A DNA stretch of 64,000 bases from positions 5,444,165 to 5,508,164 of the forward strand of contig OY762209.1 in NCBI GenBank assembly GCA_963665295.1. The letters run 5' to 3'. The notes under the pieces are model-generated. The model did no database searches and was not told where the DNA came from. It saw only the letters and a list, made by a program, of their open reading frames with translations. Positions 44,976 through 54,802 of the stretch are shown piece after piece (the first letter of the stretch is position 1; every line of letters starts with the position of its first letter). Both the position numbers and the translations under genes were made by a program. Source of the DNA: Syntrophorhabdaceae bacterium (GTDB lineage: Bacteria; Desulfobacterota; Syntrophorhabdia; Syntrophorhabdales; Syntrophorhabdaceae).

Positions 44976-46832
44976 TTACGGTTTGGCGCTCTGGAGCGCG
45001 GTAAAATCCGTTCCCCCTATCTCCAGTATGCCCTTTCGCGTTGTGGTCCCTGTGTAGGCCGGCACCGTGACCACGACCGTGCCCTTGTTGTCGGTGAAGG
45101 GACCTTTCGTATAGGTGATCCAGTCCGTATCGTTCACTATGGTGGGCTCCGGGCAATCCGTAATGCCATGGCCCTTTGCCGTCACTTTCACGGACACACT
45201 CCCTTTCTTGCTTGTGAAGGTCTTCTTGGCCGGTGAGAGGGAATAAGTACAGAAGTTCTTCTCGAAGATGGTCCCTACCGTAACGTTGGCGCCGGAACGC
45301 ATGGTAACGGAGCACTTCCCGGTGCCTGAGCACGGCCCGGTCCAGCCCATGAAGACGGAGCCCGTGTCGGCGGTTGGGGTAAAGGATACGGTGGTAGTCA
45401 ACTTGTAATGCGCCTGACAAGTGGGACCGCAATTTATCGAGGCATCGGATGAGGTCACCGTACCGGCGCCAAGCCCCGATTTGGTGACGGAAAGAGTGGA
45501 GAGGGTCGATGAAAGGGGGAAGGTAACGACATCGGCGACTATAGGAGGGTCATAGACCGTAACGTCCGTGGAGTCGTCCGATGGAACGGAGCCAATGAAT
45601 ATCTCCTGCGCCGTCGCCGTGTTGCGCTCCGGGTCCACCGCGACCTTGAGGTAGCCTAGTTGCCGCGTTTCTCCGTACCGGTACCATTTCGCGTGGCGGT
45701 CATCAGGATTAAGGTCGTCAAATTTGCCGCCTGCATTGCCGACGACAAAATAGGGGATGCCGCTTACCGAGTACCTCTGGTAGCAATGGGTATGGCCCGC
45801 AAAATTCGCGCTGATGGGGTACCGATGGTACAGGGTCTCCCATGGCTGAAGGCGGGTATCGATCCCGGTCCTGCCGTAATCCCAGATGGGATGGTGATGT
45901 ATGGTGAACGTTCCTGCCATGCTGTTGTTCAGTTCCTGCGCGAGCCAGGCTGCCTGACTCTTCGCGAGGGCCAGGGAGGGCTGCGGATCGTCTCCGTTGG
46001 CCTTGTTCGGGTCCGGGGAGTTCAGGACGACGAACCTGACACCCGAGCAGTCAAAGGACCAGTTAAGTGCCCCGCCCTGCGCCGCGTTGAATGTCAGGTG
46101 GTACTGCGCGGCGTCCGTCGGAGGGCCCTCCGAATGTCCGAGATTGTGGTATTCATGGTTCCCGATAGCGTGAAAGATGGGAAATTTCGCGAGCATCCCA
46201 TCGGCAACCTGGAAATACACACTCCAGTACGGCTCCCAATCCCACCCCGCATAGTCGCCGCCGTCGAGGACGAAAAGGGGCTCCGTTTCATATTTGGCGA
46301 TAGCCTCCGCCACATACCTGAACCGCTTCTCCTGGGCATGGCTGTCACTGATTACAAGAAAGGTGAAGGGACCGCTCACCGGCATCGTCCTGAAGGTGCG
46401 GTTTCCGAACTGGTCGGCGCTGTCCGAGGGCTTCGCGTGGTACACATATGAGGTATTCGCATCGAGGTCCGTAAGCACCACGTGCTGGTAGGCTCCCGTT
46501 GTCCCGGAAGTGATCGTCTTTTGAAAGCTATGGTGCTCGTCGTAGTAGGCTGAAGTGGCGTACTCTACCGAGCCCGATCCTGTGTCCGCCCCTCGCCAGT
46601 TAATCGTGGCGGATGTTGCCGTGGTATTCGTTACCCAGGGAGCCCAATAGTCCACCTGGGCATGTACGCCCACAGGAATCAAAAAGGTGAGACAGAAGAG
46701 GAGCAAGACCGGTAGCAGCATCCCTGTCCGTATGGACATGTGGAGATTCACACGTCGCGGCACGCGGACTTCCCCGGGCAATTGCGCTGAAACTTCAAGA
46801 CCGGCAAATAGATGTTTTCTGCTCATGGGCAT
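44976..46832 (-). CDS. secreted purple-acid-phosphatase-like metallophosphoesterase with FN3, InlB-B-repeat-like and BACON-like domains
   Basis: SDSH, GGD, GNHE and AGHTH motifs; LSVTKSG.G.GTVTS...FMGWTGPC; AGGAGG before ATG 46832. Confidence 0.82.
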   Translation of the reverse strand: MPMSRKHLFAGLEVSAQLPGEVRVPRRVNLHMSIRTGMLLPVLLLFCLTFLIPVGVHAQVDYWAPWVTNTTATSATINWRGADTGSGSVEYATSAYYDEHHSFQKTITSGTTGAYQHVVLTDLDANTSYVYHAKPSDSADQFGNRTFRTMPVSGPFTFLVISDSHAQEKRFRYVAEAIAKYETEPLFVLDGGDYAGWDWEPYWSVYFQVADGMLAKFPIFHAIGNHEYHNLGHSEGPPTDAAQYHLTFNAAQGGALNWSFDCSGVRFVVLNSPDPNKANGDDPQPSLALAKSQAAWLAQELNNSMAGTFTIHHHPIWDYGRTGIDTRLQPWETLYHRYPISANFAGHTHCYQRYSVSGIPYFVVGNAGGKFDDLNPDDRHAKWYRYGETRQLGYLKVAVDPERNTATAQEIFIGSVPSDDSTDVTVYDPPIVADVVTFPLSSTLSTLSVTKSGLGAGTVTSSDASINCGPTCQAHYKLTTTVSFTPTADTGSVFMGWTGPCSGTGKCSVTMRSGANVTVGTIFEKNFCTYSLSPAKKTFTSKKGSVSVKVTAKGHGITDCPEPTIVNDTDWITYTKGPFTDNKGTVVVTVPAYTGTTTRKGILEIGGTDFTALQSAKP

Positions 46833-47104
46833 GACAATCCTCCTGGGACTTCCGAGTCGGGCTTCGACAAAACACAGGGCGATTCGCGTCGGGTGCACAG
46901 TCGTCAACCCCAATGCCCACGAAGACCGGGTCTCACTCCGGATTTCCGGTCCCGCAAGCCCCAAGTCGGCAGTCAGCGTTATGCAAAGGATAATATCACA
47001 AAACGGAGAAAGATTAACCTTTTTCTTGATGCTTACAATAGTCCCTGCGTAATCCGATATCCTCGGCAGCCCTGCGGGTCGGCCGGGGCCGGGCCTGCCG
47101 ACGG

Positions 47105-47809
47105 TTACCCCCCTTTCTTTACAAGCTCCCGAAAGCGCAGCGCCATTTCAGGGCCGGCCTCACCCTCGTGTTTGAAAAAGACAAAGGCCTTTTCCCAGTT
47201 TTGCGCGATGATCTTGTCCCTCCATCGGGCGAGTTCGGCGTCCGTGTAGTCGGAACGGCGCAGGCGCAGGTAGCCCCACGGGGCCGTGCTTATGATCTCC
47301 GTTGCGGGGTTCTCTTCCGAATCTCCCGTACACAGGCTGCGCCCCTCAGTGCGGAGGAGGTTTAAGACGCCCTCGTCGAGCCGGGACGGATTCCGGAACT
47401 CGAAGGCGATGGACATGGCGTTGGGGAGGAGGCCAAGAAAATCTTCGAGGAGTCTCCGGTCCGGGCGGAAGGTCGCGGGGAACTGGAAGAGTATCGGTCC
47501 GAGCCTTCCCAGGAGGACCGAGACCGTCCTGAGGAGGTACATGATCTCCGATTCCACGTTCTTCAACCTTTTGATGTGGGTGATGACCTGGGGCGCCTTG
47601 AGGGCGAATATGAAGCCTTCCGGCACCTGCCCGGCCCAGGATTCGAGGAGCCTTTCCGTGGGCATGCGGTAGAAGGTATTGTTGATCTCCACCGTATCGA
47701 ACCGCCCCGAATAGAAGCGAAGCATGTCCCCGGCTGAGGTCTTTGCGGGATAGAATACCCCTTTCCACTCCTTGTAGCCGTATCCGCTCGCACCGACATG
47801 AATCTTCAT
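47105..47809 (-). CDS. DUF72 family protein
   Basis: VGASGY.YKEWKG.FYP, VEINNTFYR and LFQFP motifs. Confidence 0.9.
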   Translation of the reverse strand: MKIHVGASGYGYKEWKGVFYPAKTSAGDMLRFYSGRFDTVEINNTFYRMPTERLLESWAGQVPEGFIFALKAPQVITHIKRLKNVESEIMYLLRTVSVLLGRLGPILFQFPATFRPDRRLLEDFLGLLPNAMSIAFEFRNPSRLDEGVLNLLRTEGRSLCTGDSEENPATEIISTAPWGYLRLRRSDYTDAELARWRDKIIAQNWEKAFVFFKHEGEAGPEMALRFRELVKKGG

Positions 47810-47841
47810 ATCCTGTCTCCCTCAATACCGCGCCCGGAAGG

Positions 47842-49428
47842 TCACGGTTTTTCGCGCGCCGTTTCGCGGGCGTCTTTATCCTCGCGGAGCCTTGAGAAGA
47901 CGGGCTGACGCATGATCCCCTCGTCGGTCCATCCATGGAAGGCGACTTCCACCACCACCTCCGGCTTTACCCAGGTGACCGGCCTGTTCGTCTCCGGCTC
48001 TTCCTTGAAAGGGCAATCTTTTTGTATCAGAGGATCGAGCTTCACCCGGATCTCTCTCCGGGCTTCGGCGCTGAACCCGCCTCCGGTGTGGCCGATAAAC
48101 ACAAGGTCGTCTCCTTCGAATACCCCGAGGACGAGGGCGCCGAAGGCGTTTCTCGTGCCCCCGGGCTCCGTGAACCCTGCGATTACGCCCTCCTGGGTGA
48201 GCTGCGTCTTCACCTTGAGCCATTGCCGGTTCCTCGCGCCCATGCGGTACGGGCTCTGAGAATGCTTGGCCATGACGCCTTCAAGCCCTTTTTCCTTGGC
48301 CACATTAAAGAAGAGGATACCCTCTTTCCATACGTGGTCGCTGAACTTTACCTTCGGGACGGAAGGGAGCACCTTCTTCAGGAGTTCCTTCCTCTTGACC
48401 AGAGGCCAGCCTGTCAGGTCACGGCCCTCAAAGTAAAGGAGATCGAACACATAGTAGAGCAAATGGCCCCTTCCGAGTTTCCGGTAATCCTGAAGCATCT
48501 GGAAATCAGGCTGCCCGCGGTCGTCCACCACGACGATCTCACCGTCGAGAACCGCGTCGAACCTGAACCTTCCGAGGGACTCCGTAACAGGGTGGAACTT
48601 CCGGTTAAAGGAGACCAGGTTCCGGGAATAGAGGGAAACCTTTCCATCCCTGATTTCGGCAATGGCCCGGTACCCGTCCCATTTCACCTCGAATATCCAG
48701 TCGGGGTCGTCAAAGGGCTCCCTGGTCAGGGTGGCGAGCATGGGTTTCACCTTCTCCGGCATGGGCGCAAGGGGCGCGTCGTTCAGATCCCCTCCTTCCA
48801 TCGCCTCCCGGAGGCGGACCCGATCCAGCTTTTGCCTGCCGGCCGGCCCCGCATACTCCGCCTCAGCCACCTCTTCCAGGGTCCTGCCGGACGCGACGGA
48901 GCGGTTCTTCCCGAGAACGTCCTCCGTGGAGGCATAGCGGTCTTTCTTCTTCAGGAGAAGCCAGGACTTTTCATCCATCCCCGTCTTCACGAGGTGGAAT
49001 TCACCCTGAGTCTTCTCCCCCTGGAGCACGAACTTCATATTCCCCTTTTTGAGTCCCTCGAGAAGCAATGCCTCACTCTCCAGCCCTTCCGTGTCTGAAG
49101 GGTGGCGGTATACGCCCCTGTCCCAGATGATCACACTTCCCGCACCGTAATTGTGTTCCGGGATCACACCCTCGAAATCCTTGTAATCGAAGGGATGGTC
49201 TTCGACCATGACGGCCAGCCTCTTGATGGAAGGGTCGAGGGACGGTCCCTTCGGTATAGCCCAGCTCTTCAGCACCCCTTCGAGTTCGAGTCTCAGGTCA
49301 TAGTGAAGGGCGTGGGCCGCGTGCTTATGGATAACAAAAATAAGCCGGTCCCCTGTGGGCCGGAAGACCGGCTTCGGTTCAGGGGTATTTTCGAATTTTC
49401 GTTTGGATTCGTAGTCCTTCAGTTCCAT
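47842..49428 (-). CDS. ligD: LigD phosphoesterase plus ATP-dependent ligase domains
   Basis: HAAHALHYDLRLE, SWAIPKGPS, EVKWDGYR, EGVMAK and WLKVK motifs. Confidence 0.92.
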   Translation of the reverse strand: MELKDYESKRKFENTPEPKPVFRPTGDRLIFVIHKHAAHALHYDLRLELEGVLKSWAIPKGPSLDPSIKRLAVMVEDHPFDYKDFEGVIPEHNYGAGSVIIWDRGVYRHPSDTEGLESEALLLEGLKKGNMKFVLQGEKTQGEFHLVKTGMDEKSWLLLKKKDRYASTEDVLGKNRSVASGRTLEEVAEAEYAGPAGRQKLDRVRLREAMEGGDLNDAPLAPMPEKVKPMLATLTREPFDDPDWIFEVKWDGYRAIAEIRDGKVSLYSRNLVSFNRKFHPVTESLGRFRFDAVLDGEIVVVDDRGQPDFQMLQDYRKLGRGHLLYYVFDLLYFEGRDLTGWPLVKRKELLKKVLPSVPKVKFSDHVWKEGILFFNVAKEKGLEGVMAKHSQSPYRMGARNRQWLKVKTQLTQEGVIAGFTEPGGTRNAFGALVLGVFEGDDLVFIGHTGGGFSAEARREIRVKLDPLIQKDCPFKEEPETNRPVTWVKPEVVVEVAFHGWTDEGIMRQPVFSRLREDKDARETAREKP

Positions 49429-49429
49429 A

Positions 49430-50335
49430 TCATAGATAGGGAAGGACCTGTTCCCTGGTCATCACTTCCCGGAACAGGTCGCCTTCCGTTTCGGCCCTCC
49501 TCACGGCCTCGGAATGGATGATTTCGAATTTCTCCGGGTCATTGCGGCCGGCCAGATCTCCAAGCTCCTGCCAGGCGAGAGGGAAGGAGGTCACGGGTCT
49601 TTCCCGGGCCCGCAGCGAATAGACGGAGACCATGGTCTTCGAACGGCCGTTCTGGGACCAGTTGATAAAGACCCTTCCTTTCCGGTCTTCCTTGGCCATC
49701 TTCGCGGTCACCAGGTCCGGGTAATTCCGTTGAAGCACCTCCGCCACGGCCTTCGAGAATTTTCTGGTCTCCTCGAAGGTAGTCTCTTTCCGGTTCAGGG
49801 GGACATATACGTGAAGGCCCTTTTTCCCCGAAGTCTTGGCCCAGCCCGTGAGCTTCAATCCGTAGAGCAGGTCCCGGAGTATGAGGGCCACCCGGGCGCA
49901 TTCAAGGATGCCTGCTCCTTCGCCGGGGTCGAGATCGAAGACCATGGAATCGGGCGTCAGGGGCGAATGGGTCCTGGCGAGGGGCACGTGCAGTTCGAGG
50001 GACGCGAGGTTCTCCACCCACATGAGCGTGTTGAGGTCGTTCACGAGACAGACCGTCATCCCCTCCCCGCCTTCCTGGGGGACCACCGCGGTCGCCACCC
50101 AGGATGGGCGGTGGGACGGACAGCGCTTTTCGAAAAAGTATTCCTTTGTCACCCCTTCGGGGTACCGTTTCAACGTGAGGGCCCGGTCTTTCAGATGGGG
50201 CAGGATAAACGGGGAGATACGACGGTAGTATTCGAGGATATGGGCCTTGGTGAAGCCATAGGAAGGGTAGAGGTCCTTTTCAAGGTTCGACAGGGGCAAC
50301 CGTATACCCTCAACATCCGCAATCCGCCTGTTCAC
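49430..50335 (-). CDS. ligD: stand-alone LigD polymerase (primase-polymerase) domain
   Basis: LSNLEK.LYP, RYPEG, FDLDPG, KTSGKKGLH and YSLRAR motifs. Confidence 0.9.
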   Translation of the reverse strand: MNRRIADVEGIRLPLSNLEKDLYPSYGFTKAHILEYYRRISPFILPHLKDRALTLKRYPEGVTKEYFFEKRCPSHRPSWVATAVVPQEGGEGMTVCLVNDLNTLMWVENLASLELHVPLARTHSPLTPDSMVFDLDPGEGAGILECARVALILRDLLYGLKLTGWAKTSGKKGLHVYVPLNRKETTFEETRKFSKAVAEVLQRNYPDLVTAKMAKEDRKGRVFINWSQNGRSKTMVSVYSLRARERPVTSFPLAWQELGDLAGRNDPEKFEIIHSEAVRRAETEGDLFREVMTREQVLPYL

Positions 50336-51177
50336 CGGTCTTCTTTCACCTTGCGCATGCTCTCCTCCAGCGCCGCCGTCAGGTCGATCAATTCTCCCCC
50401 CTCTTCCTCCGTAATTTCAGGGGCTTCCACAGGGCTCCTTTCCTCCGCCTTCTCCCTGAGAAGGGCGATGAGCCTCTTCCGGCGCTCGTCCCCATACCGG
50501 TCCGGTCTGAAGTCGGTGGTCATCTCCATTATGATCTTCTTCATCAGGGTTTTTGCCCCGGCTTCCACTGTTTCGTCTTCGGGCACGATCTCCTCATAGG
50601 GAAGTATCTCCCCGTGGTAATGAAGGGTGATCAGGGTGAGGACCCCCTCCGCGCTCCTCACCGCCACGAGGTACTCCCTTTCCCGGAGTACGAATTTCGC
50701 GAGCCCTGCCTTGCGCGTCCGGCGCATCACTTCGGCCAGGAGCCGGTACGCCTTTTCGCCCCCTTTCAGAGGGACGAGGTGGTAGGGGCGATCATAGTAG
50801 ATGGGGTCCACGTCCCCTATGTCGATGAAATCGATGATCTCGATGGTGCGGCTTCTCTCGGGCGACAGGGATTCCAGTTCCTCGTCGGTGATCATGACAT
50901 ACTCGCCGGGCCCGGTTTCATACCCCCTTATGATCTCATCGGAAGGGACCGTCCTTTCTTCTTTCGGGCAGACCATCTTTCTCAAAAGAGGGGAATAATC
51001 CTTGTTATGGAGCATGTGAAAAGAGACGCGGCCGGGCTCCACGGCCTTGATCAACTGTACGGGGATCGCCACGAGGCTGAAGCTTATGGTCCCGCTCCAT
51101 ATGGCCTGTGCCTCTGCCTCATCGCCGCCGCCTGAAGACATTTTCGATAGAAGGCCGACAGACCTTTCGTTCTTCAT
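50332..51177 (-). CDS. ku: Ku protein (NHEJ), copy 1
   Basis: IWSGTISFSLVAIPV, IIRGYE, DPIYYDRPY and IDLTAALEES motifs. Confidence 0.92.
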   Translation of the reverse strand: MKNERSVGLLSKMSSGGGDEAEAQAIWSGTISFSLVAIPVQLIKAVEPGRVSFHMLHNKDYSPLLRKMVCPKEERTVPSDEIIRGYETGPGEYVMITDEELESLSPERSRTIEIIDFIDIGDVDPIYYDRPYHLVPLKGGEKAYRLLAEVMRRTRKAGLAKFVLREREYLVAVRSAEGVLTLITLHYHGEILPYEEIVPEDETVEAGAKTLMKKIIMEMTTDFRPDRYGDERRKRLIALLREKAEERSPVEAPEITEEEGGELIDLTAALEESMRKVKEDR

Positions 51178-51948
51178 CTATGCCACCCTCTCGAGGCTCG
51201 ATTCAAGGGTCTCGAGCAGCTTGTCCGGAGATGTGGGCCTCAGGCGTTTCGGCTCACGGAGCGCAATCCTTTCCCCCCGCGATTTCCGGTCGATCAAATC
51301 CCGGAGTTTCAGTTCATGCTCGTCTTCGAATCTTTCGGGCTGAAAAGGGCTCGTCAACTGGTTGATCAGATCGATGCCTGCCTTCAGTTCCCTTTCCGAC
51401 AGGGAAATATCTTGCGGCTCAAGGGCCTTCACGGAAAGCACCTCGTGGGCGTACCTCAAGGTATGGAGACGGAGAATCCTCCCCCTCGCCAGTAACGCCC
51501 CCACATATGACCGCTTCCTCATGGTCCAGGTACATATACCTTCCACATCCATCTCCTTCAGGGCCTCGACCATGGCATTGTAGCCCTTCACACGGATCTC
51601 CGGCTCCAGGTAGTAAACCCGCTCCAGGAAGACGGGGTCGATCTGTCCGGTCTTCACGAACTCGTGGATCTCAATCATCCGGCTCTCTTCCGGCTCGGTC
51701 TGCTCCAGTTCCGAGGGATCGATAAGGATGTACCGGCCTTCCTCCACCTCAAACCCCCTGACCTGTTCCTCGGGAGGCACGGTCGTCTTTTCGTAGGCGC
51801 AGACCATCTGCTGTCTCAGCCTGGCATGATCGCGGTCGTGAAGAAGGTGGAACTGAATCCGCTCCTCCTTGACCGCGTTGTGCAGCTTGACCGGCACTTC
51901 GACGCTTCCCAACCGGATAACGCCCTTCCAGATTGATCTTCCCGCCAT
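51178..51948 (-). CDS. ku: Ku protein (NHEJ), copy 2
   Basis: SIWKGVI.LG.VEVPVKL, IDPVFLER.YYL and LLETLESSL motifs. Confidence 0.9.
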   Translation of the reverse strand: MAGRSIWKGVIRLGSVEVPVKLHNAVKEERIQFHLLHDRDHARLRQQMVCAYEKTTVPPEEQVRGFEVEEGRYILIDPSELEQTEPEESRMIEIHEFVKTGQIDPVFLERVYYLEPEIRVKGYNAMVEALKEMDVEGICTWTMRKRSYVGALLARGRILRLHTLRYAHEVLSVKALEPQDISLSERELKAGIDLINQLTSPFQPERFEDEHELKLRDLIDRKSRGERIALREPKRLRPTSPDKLLETLESSLERVA

Positions 51949-52342
51949 GGAGAACCCCTTCCCCTTTTCCAAGGCCCTTTTCGCCCATCTTTCCCGGCCC
52001 TGCTTGTAAAGAAGCTATTCACGAAATGTCCCCCTGTCAAATTCAACCGGTCCCCTGCCGGGACGATAAGGTCGGGGCCGCCCGGCAACCCTCGCCCGGT
52101 AAAGGTGCGGGGACGCTCCCGGAAACAAACGCCGCCGGGAATATGGTTCTCAGGAAAGGTGAACTAATGGTTCCCTTTTCTTTACCTCTGTGGTAAAGTT
52201 TAGTACGAGATAAGCCGCTCACCGACAGGAGGCCATTTGTTCACCATGATATGAGTTGGTTGCCACAGCGGAGATTCACGCCCCCCGACTTCTCTCACGT
52301 AAGGTTCTATGCAGGCCAAACAGTTCATGAAAGGAGATCGCC

Positions 52343-54376
52343 ATGCCCAAAAAAACCGTACTTCACGAATTTGTCGCTTATTTCCTTCTCCTCTTCGCCG
52401 TGAGCGCCATTTTCGTCCTCGCGCCGGGAGCCGCCTTCGCCCTTACCTCATATGACAAGCTGGCAAAAGGGCCTATCGACCTCGCCAAGTGGGACCTTTA
52501 CGAAACCGTACGGGTAATCGACATGTCGAGCCCCACTGAGGGCAAGCTGCAACTCGGCGTCAGGAGCGGCACCGCAACAGCGGGCCCGGTAACGAGCACC
52601 CTTCAGTTTGCGGACCCTTCAGCCAAAACACGCTTCGGAGCGACTATAACCCCTCTCGACTATGGCAACGCCGACACCGAGGACCCTGCGAACCCCGTGT
52701 CCGCAATAGGGGGAACCTTCTATAATGACGGCACCTCCGGTACGCCCGACGATTGCACCGGTGATGTGCTGGGACAAATCGGGGTAGGCAACAACCCGTC
52801 CGACCCGGCGAACCTCGCGGTTTACTGGAGCGTGGTAAGATTCACGTCCCCTGATTGCAGCACTTTCGACATCCTGGGTGCAGGTGGTTTCACGACCCCT
52901 CCGGTGGCGGTGGGCAACGCGTACCCTGTGAGCATGCAGTGGAACGGCAGCCAATTCTCCTTTACCTATGACAGTGGTGAAACCCAGACCTACACTCCGA
53001 CGGGGACCATAAACCCGCCTAACACGACATACAGGGGACTTTACAGCATGATATTCAACGGCGTCGGCAAGGAAGCCTATATTTCCTCGCACTTCGACAA
53101 CGTGACGGTAGACGCGGGGTCCTACGACCAGTTCAACATCGACCAGATCAATCCCGCCCTCTGGACCACCTATGAATTCGTAAGGGCCATAAGGGACTCG
53201 GAAAAGCATCTCGTCCTCCTCGCCCGGGGCACCACGGACTCCACGGGCGTCACCGAGTGCCTCCTTCCCATAGCGTCACCCGACAGCATCTGGACCATCC
53301 AGGCCACCGTAGCGGCCCCCATATTGGAATCTTCCGACGATACCATAGGACACGCCATAGCAGGTCTGGGCGGGAGATTCTTCAACGACGGTTCCCCGGG
53401 AGACGGCTACGTGGGTGATATAGGCGCTTTCGTCCGGCTTCAGACGTCGCCCGCCGGATTGATCGGCCGGTGGAAAGTCACGAGGTTTTACGGCGCCAGC
53501 GACGCAGAGCAGACAACAATCGCTGAGGGCACAGCCCCCAAACCCATCAAACTCGGAAAACCCTACAACATGTCCATAGCCTGGGACGGCGCGAAATTCA
53601 CTTTCATCGGGGGCAGCCAGACCATGTACTATACTCCCGACCAGTCTTACATGGCGAACGCGACCAACGCCAAGGCGCCCTTGAAAACGCTCTACAGCGC
53701 AGTGACAGACGGCGGGATCAATGCAAAGGCCATGGGCTATTTCACCAACGTAAGCGTAGCCGCGGGAAATACCGCGAGGTTCCTCACAGTGACCGTATCC
53801 GGGAGCGGCACCGTGAAGGGCAGCTCCACGGCCATAGTCTGCACGGGCGAAGGTGGTCACTGCTCTCAGGCATTTCAGGAAGGAAAGAAGGTGGTCCTTA
53901 CCGCAAAGGCGGGCACGGGATACGTCTTCAACAATTGGTCCGGGTGCACCACCACGTCGAAAACGGTCTGTACCCTTATAATGGACGGCTCCAAGGCGGT
54001 GACGGCCACATTCACGAGCAATCCGACCCTCGCCGTTTCGCCGACAAGCAAAAAGTTCGGCAACGTGAAGGCAGGCCTCAAAACAGCCACCGCGACCTTC
54101 TCCGTGACCAACAAGACGACCAAAGGCGTAACCCCTCTCACTATAGGGGCCGTCACCCTCACCCCCGACGCATCGAGCGCGGGTGAATTCGTTATCGTGC
54201 CCGGCTCCGACACGTGCTCAAACATCAACCCGCCTCTTGCGTCCAACAAGAAGTGCGCCTTCAAGGTTATGTTCCAGCCTCAGTCCGTTGGGCCAAAGTC
54301 GGCGACCGTCACCATCCCGTCGGATGACCCCACGACGCCTGAAACGGTAATCCAGCTTACGGGAACAGGGACGTAA
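52343..54376 (+). CDS. secreted/surface protein: two tandem lectin-like repeats, InlB-B-like repeat and C-terminal Ig-like (choice-of-anchor D type) domain
   Basis: Signal peptide AAFA; duplicated YD..I...W..YE.VR.I unit; GYVFNNWSGC; FGNVKAG...SDDP..L.GTG. Confidence 0.7.
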   Translation: MPKKTVLHEFVAYFLLLFAVSAIFVLAPGAAFALTSYDKLAKGPIDLAKWDLYETVRVIDMSSPTEGKLQLGVRSGTATAGPVTSTLQFADPSAKTRFGATITPLDYGNADTEDPANPVSAIGGTFYNDGTSGTPDDCTGDVLGQIGVGNNPSDPANLAVYWSVVRFTSPDCSTFDILGAGGFTTPPVAVGNAYPVSMQWNGSQFSFTYDSGETQTYTPTGTINPPNTTYRGLYSMIFNGVGKEAYISSHFDNVTVDAGSYDQFNIDQINPALWTTYEFVRAIRDSEKHLVLLARGTTDSTGVTECLLPIASPDSIWTIQATVAAPILESSDDTIGHAIAGLGGRFFNDGSPGDGYVGDIGAFVRLQTSPAGLIGRWKVTRFYGASDAEQTTIAEGTAPKPIKLGKPYNMSIAWDGAKFTFIGGSQTMYYTPDQSYMANATNAKAPLKTLYSAVTDGGINAKAMGYFTNVSVAAGNTARFLTVTVSGSGTVKGSSTAIVCTGEGGHCSQAFQEGKKVVLTAKAGTGYVFNNWSGCTTTSKTVCTLIMDGSKAVTATFTSNPTLAVSPTSKKFGNVKAGLKTATATFSVTNKTTKGVTPLTIGAVTLTPDASSAGEFVIVPGSDTCSNINPPLASNKKCAFKVMFQPQSVGPKSATVTIPSDDPTTPETVIQLTGTGT

Positions 54377-54392
54377 AGAAAGGATATCGATG

Positions 54393-54429
54393 AAAGGGGG
54401 CAGCGGTTTTCCGCCGCCCCCTTTTTTTT
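54393..54429 (+). terminator. intrinsic terminator
   Basis: GGGGGCAGCGG-TTTT-CCGCCGCCCCC followed by T8. Confidence 0.8.
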
Positions 54430-54526
54430 GCGAAGCAGATGGTTACATGGAGTGGGGACTCCGTATAACCATCGATCGGGTGATTTCAGCCCGGGTATTC
54501 GTGAACCCCGGGCCTCGGGGGAACGC

Positions 54527-54736
54527 TCAGCCTGTCACTTTGAACCCCGCGTCTTCCACGGCCTTTGCCATGGCTGCCTCGTCCGCTGAGCCGCTTACCG
54601 CGGCCTTTTTCCCCGCCAGGTCCACCTGCACGGCGGTTACGCCGGACACGCCTTTGAGGGCCTTTTCAACGGCCATCTTGCAGTGCATACATGTCATGCC
54701 TTCAATCTTGAGAACCTTCTCGCCCATCTTTTTCAC
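54527..54736 (-). CDS. copZ: copper chaperone (HMA domain)
   Basis: IEGMTCMHC motif. Confidence 0.9.
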   Translation of the reverse strand: MKKMGEKVLKIEGMTCMHCKMAVEKALKGVSGVTAVQVDLAGKKAAVSGSADEAAMAKAVEDAGFKVTG

Positions 54737-54802
54737 CTCCTCTTCCGGTAATCAGTCTTCAATCCCCATGGCGGCCCGGGGTCGCCATGCACGAAATTCC
54801 GT

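Noticed and set aside
44976..46832. Phosphatase as part of the lasso pathway
   Set aside because: Secreted surface-type architecture shared with an unrelated gene; adjacency alone is insufficient.
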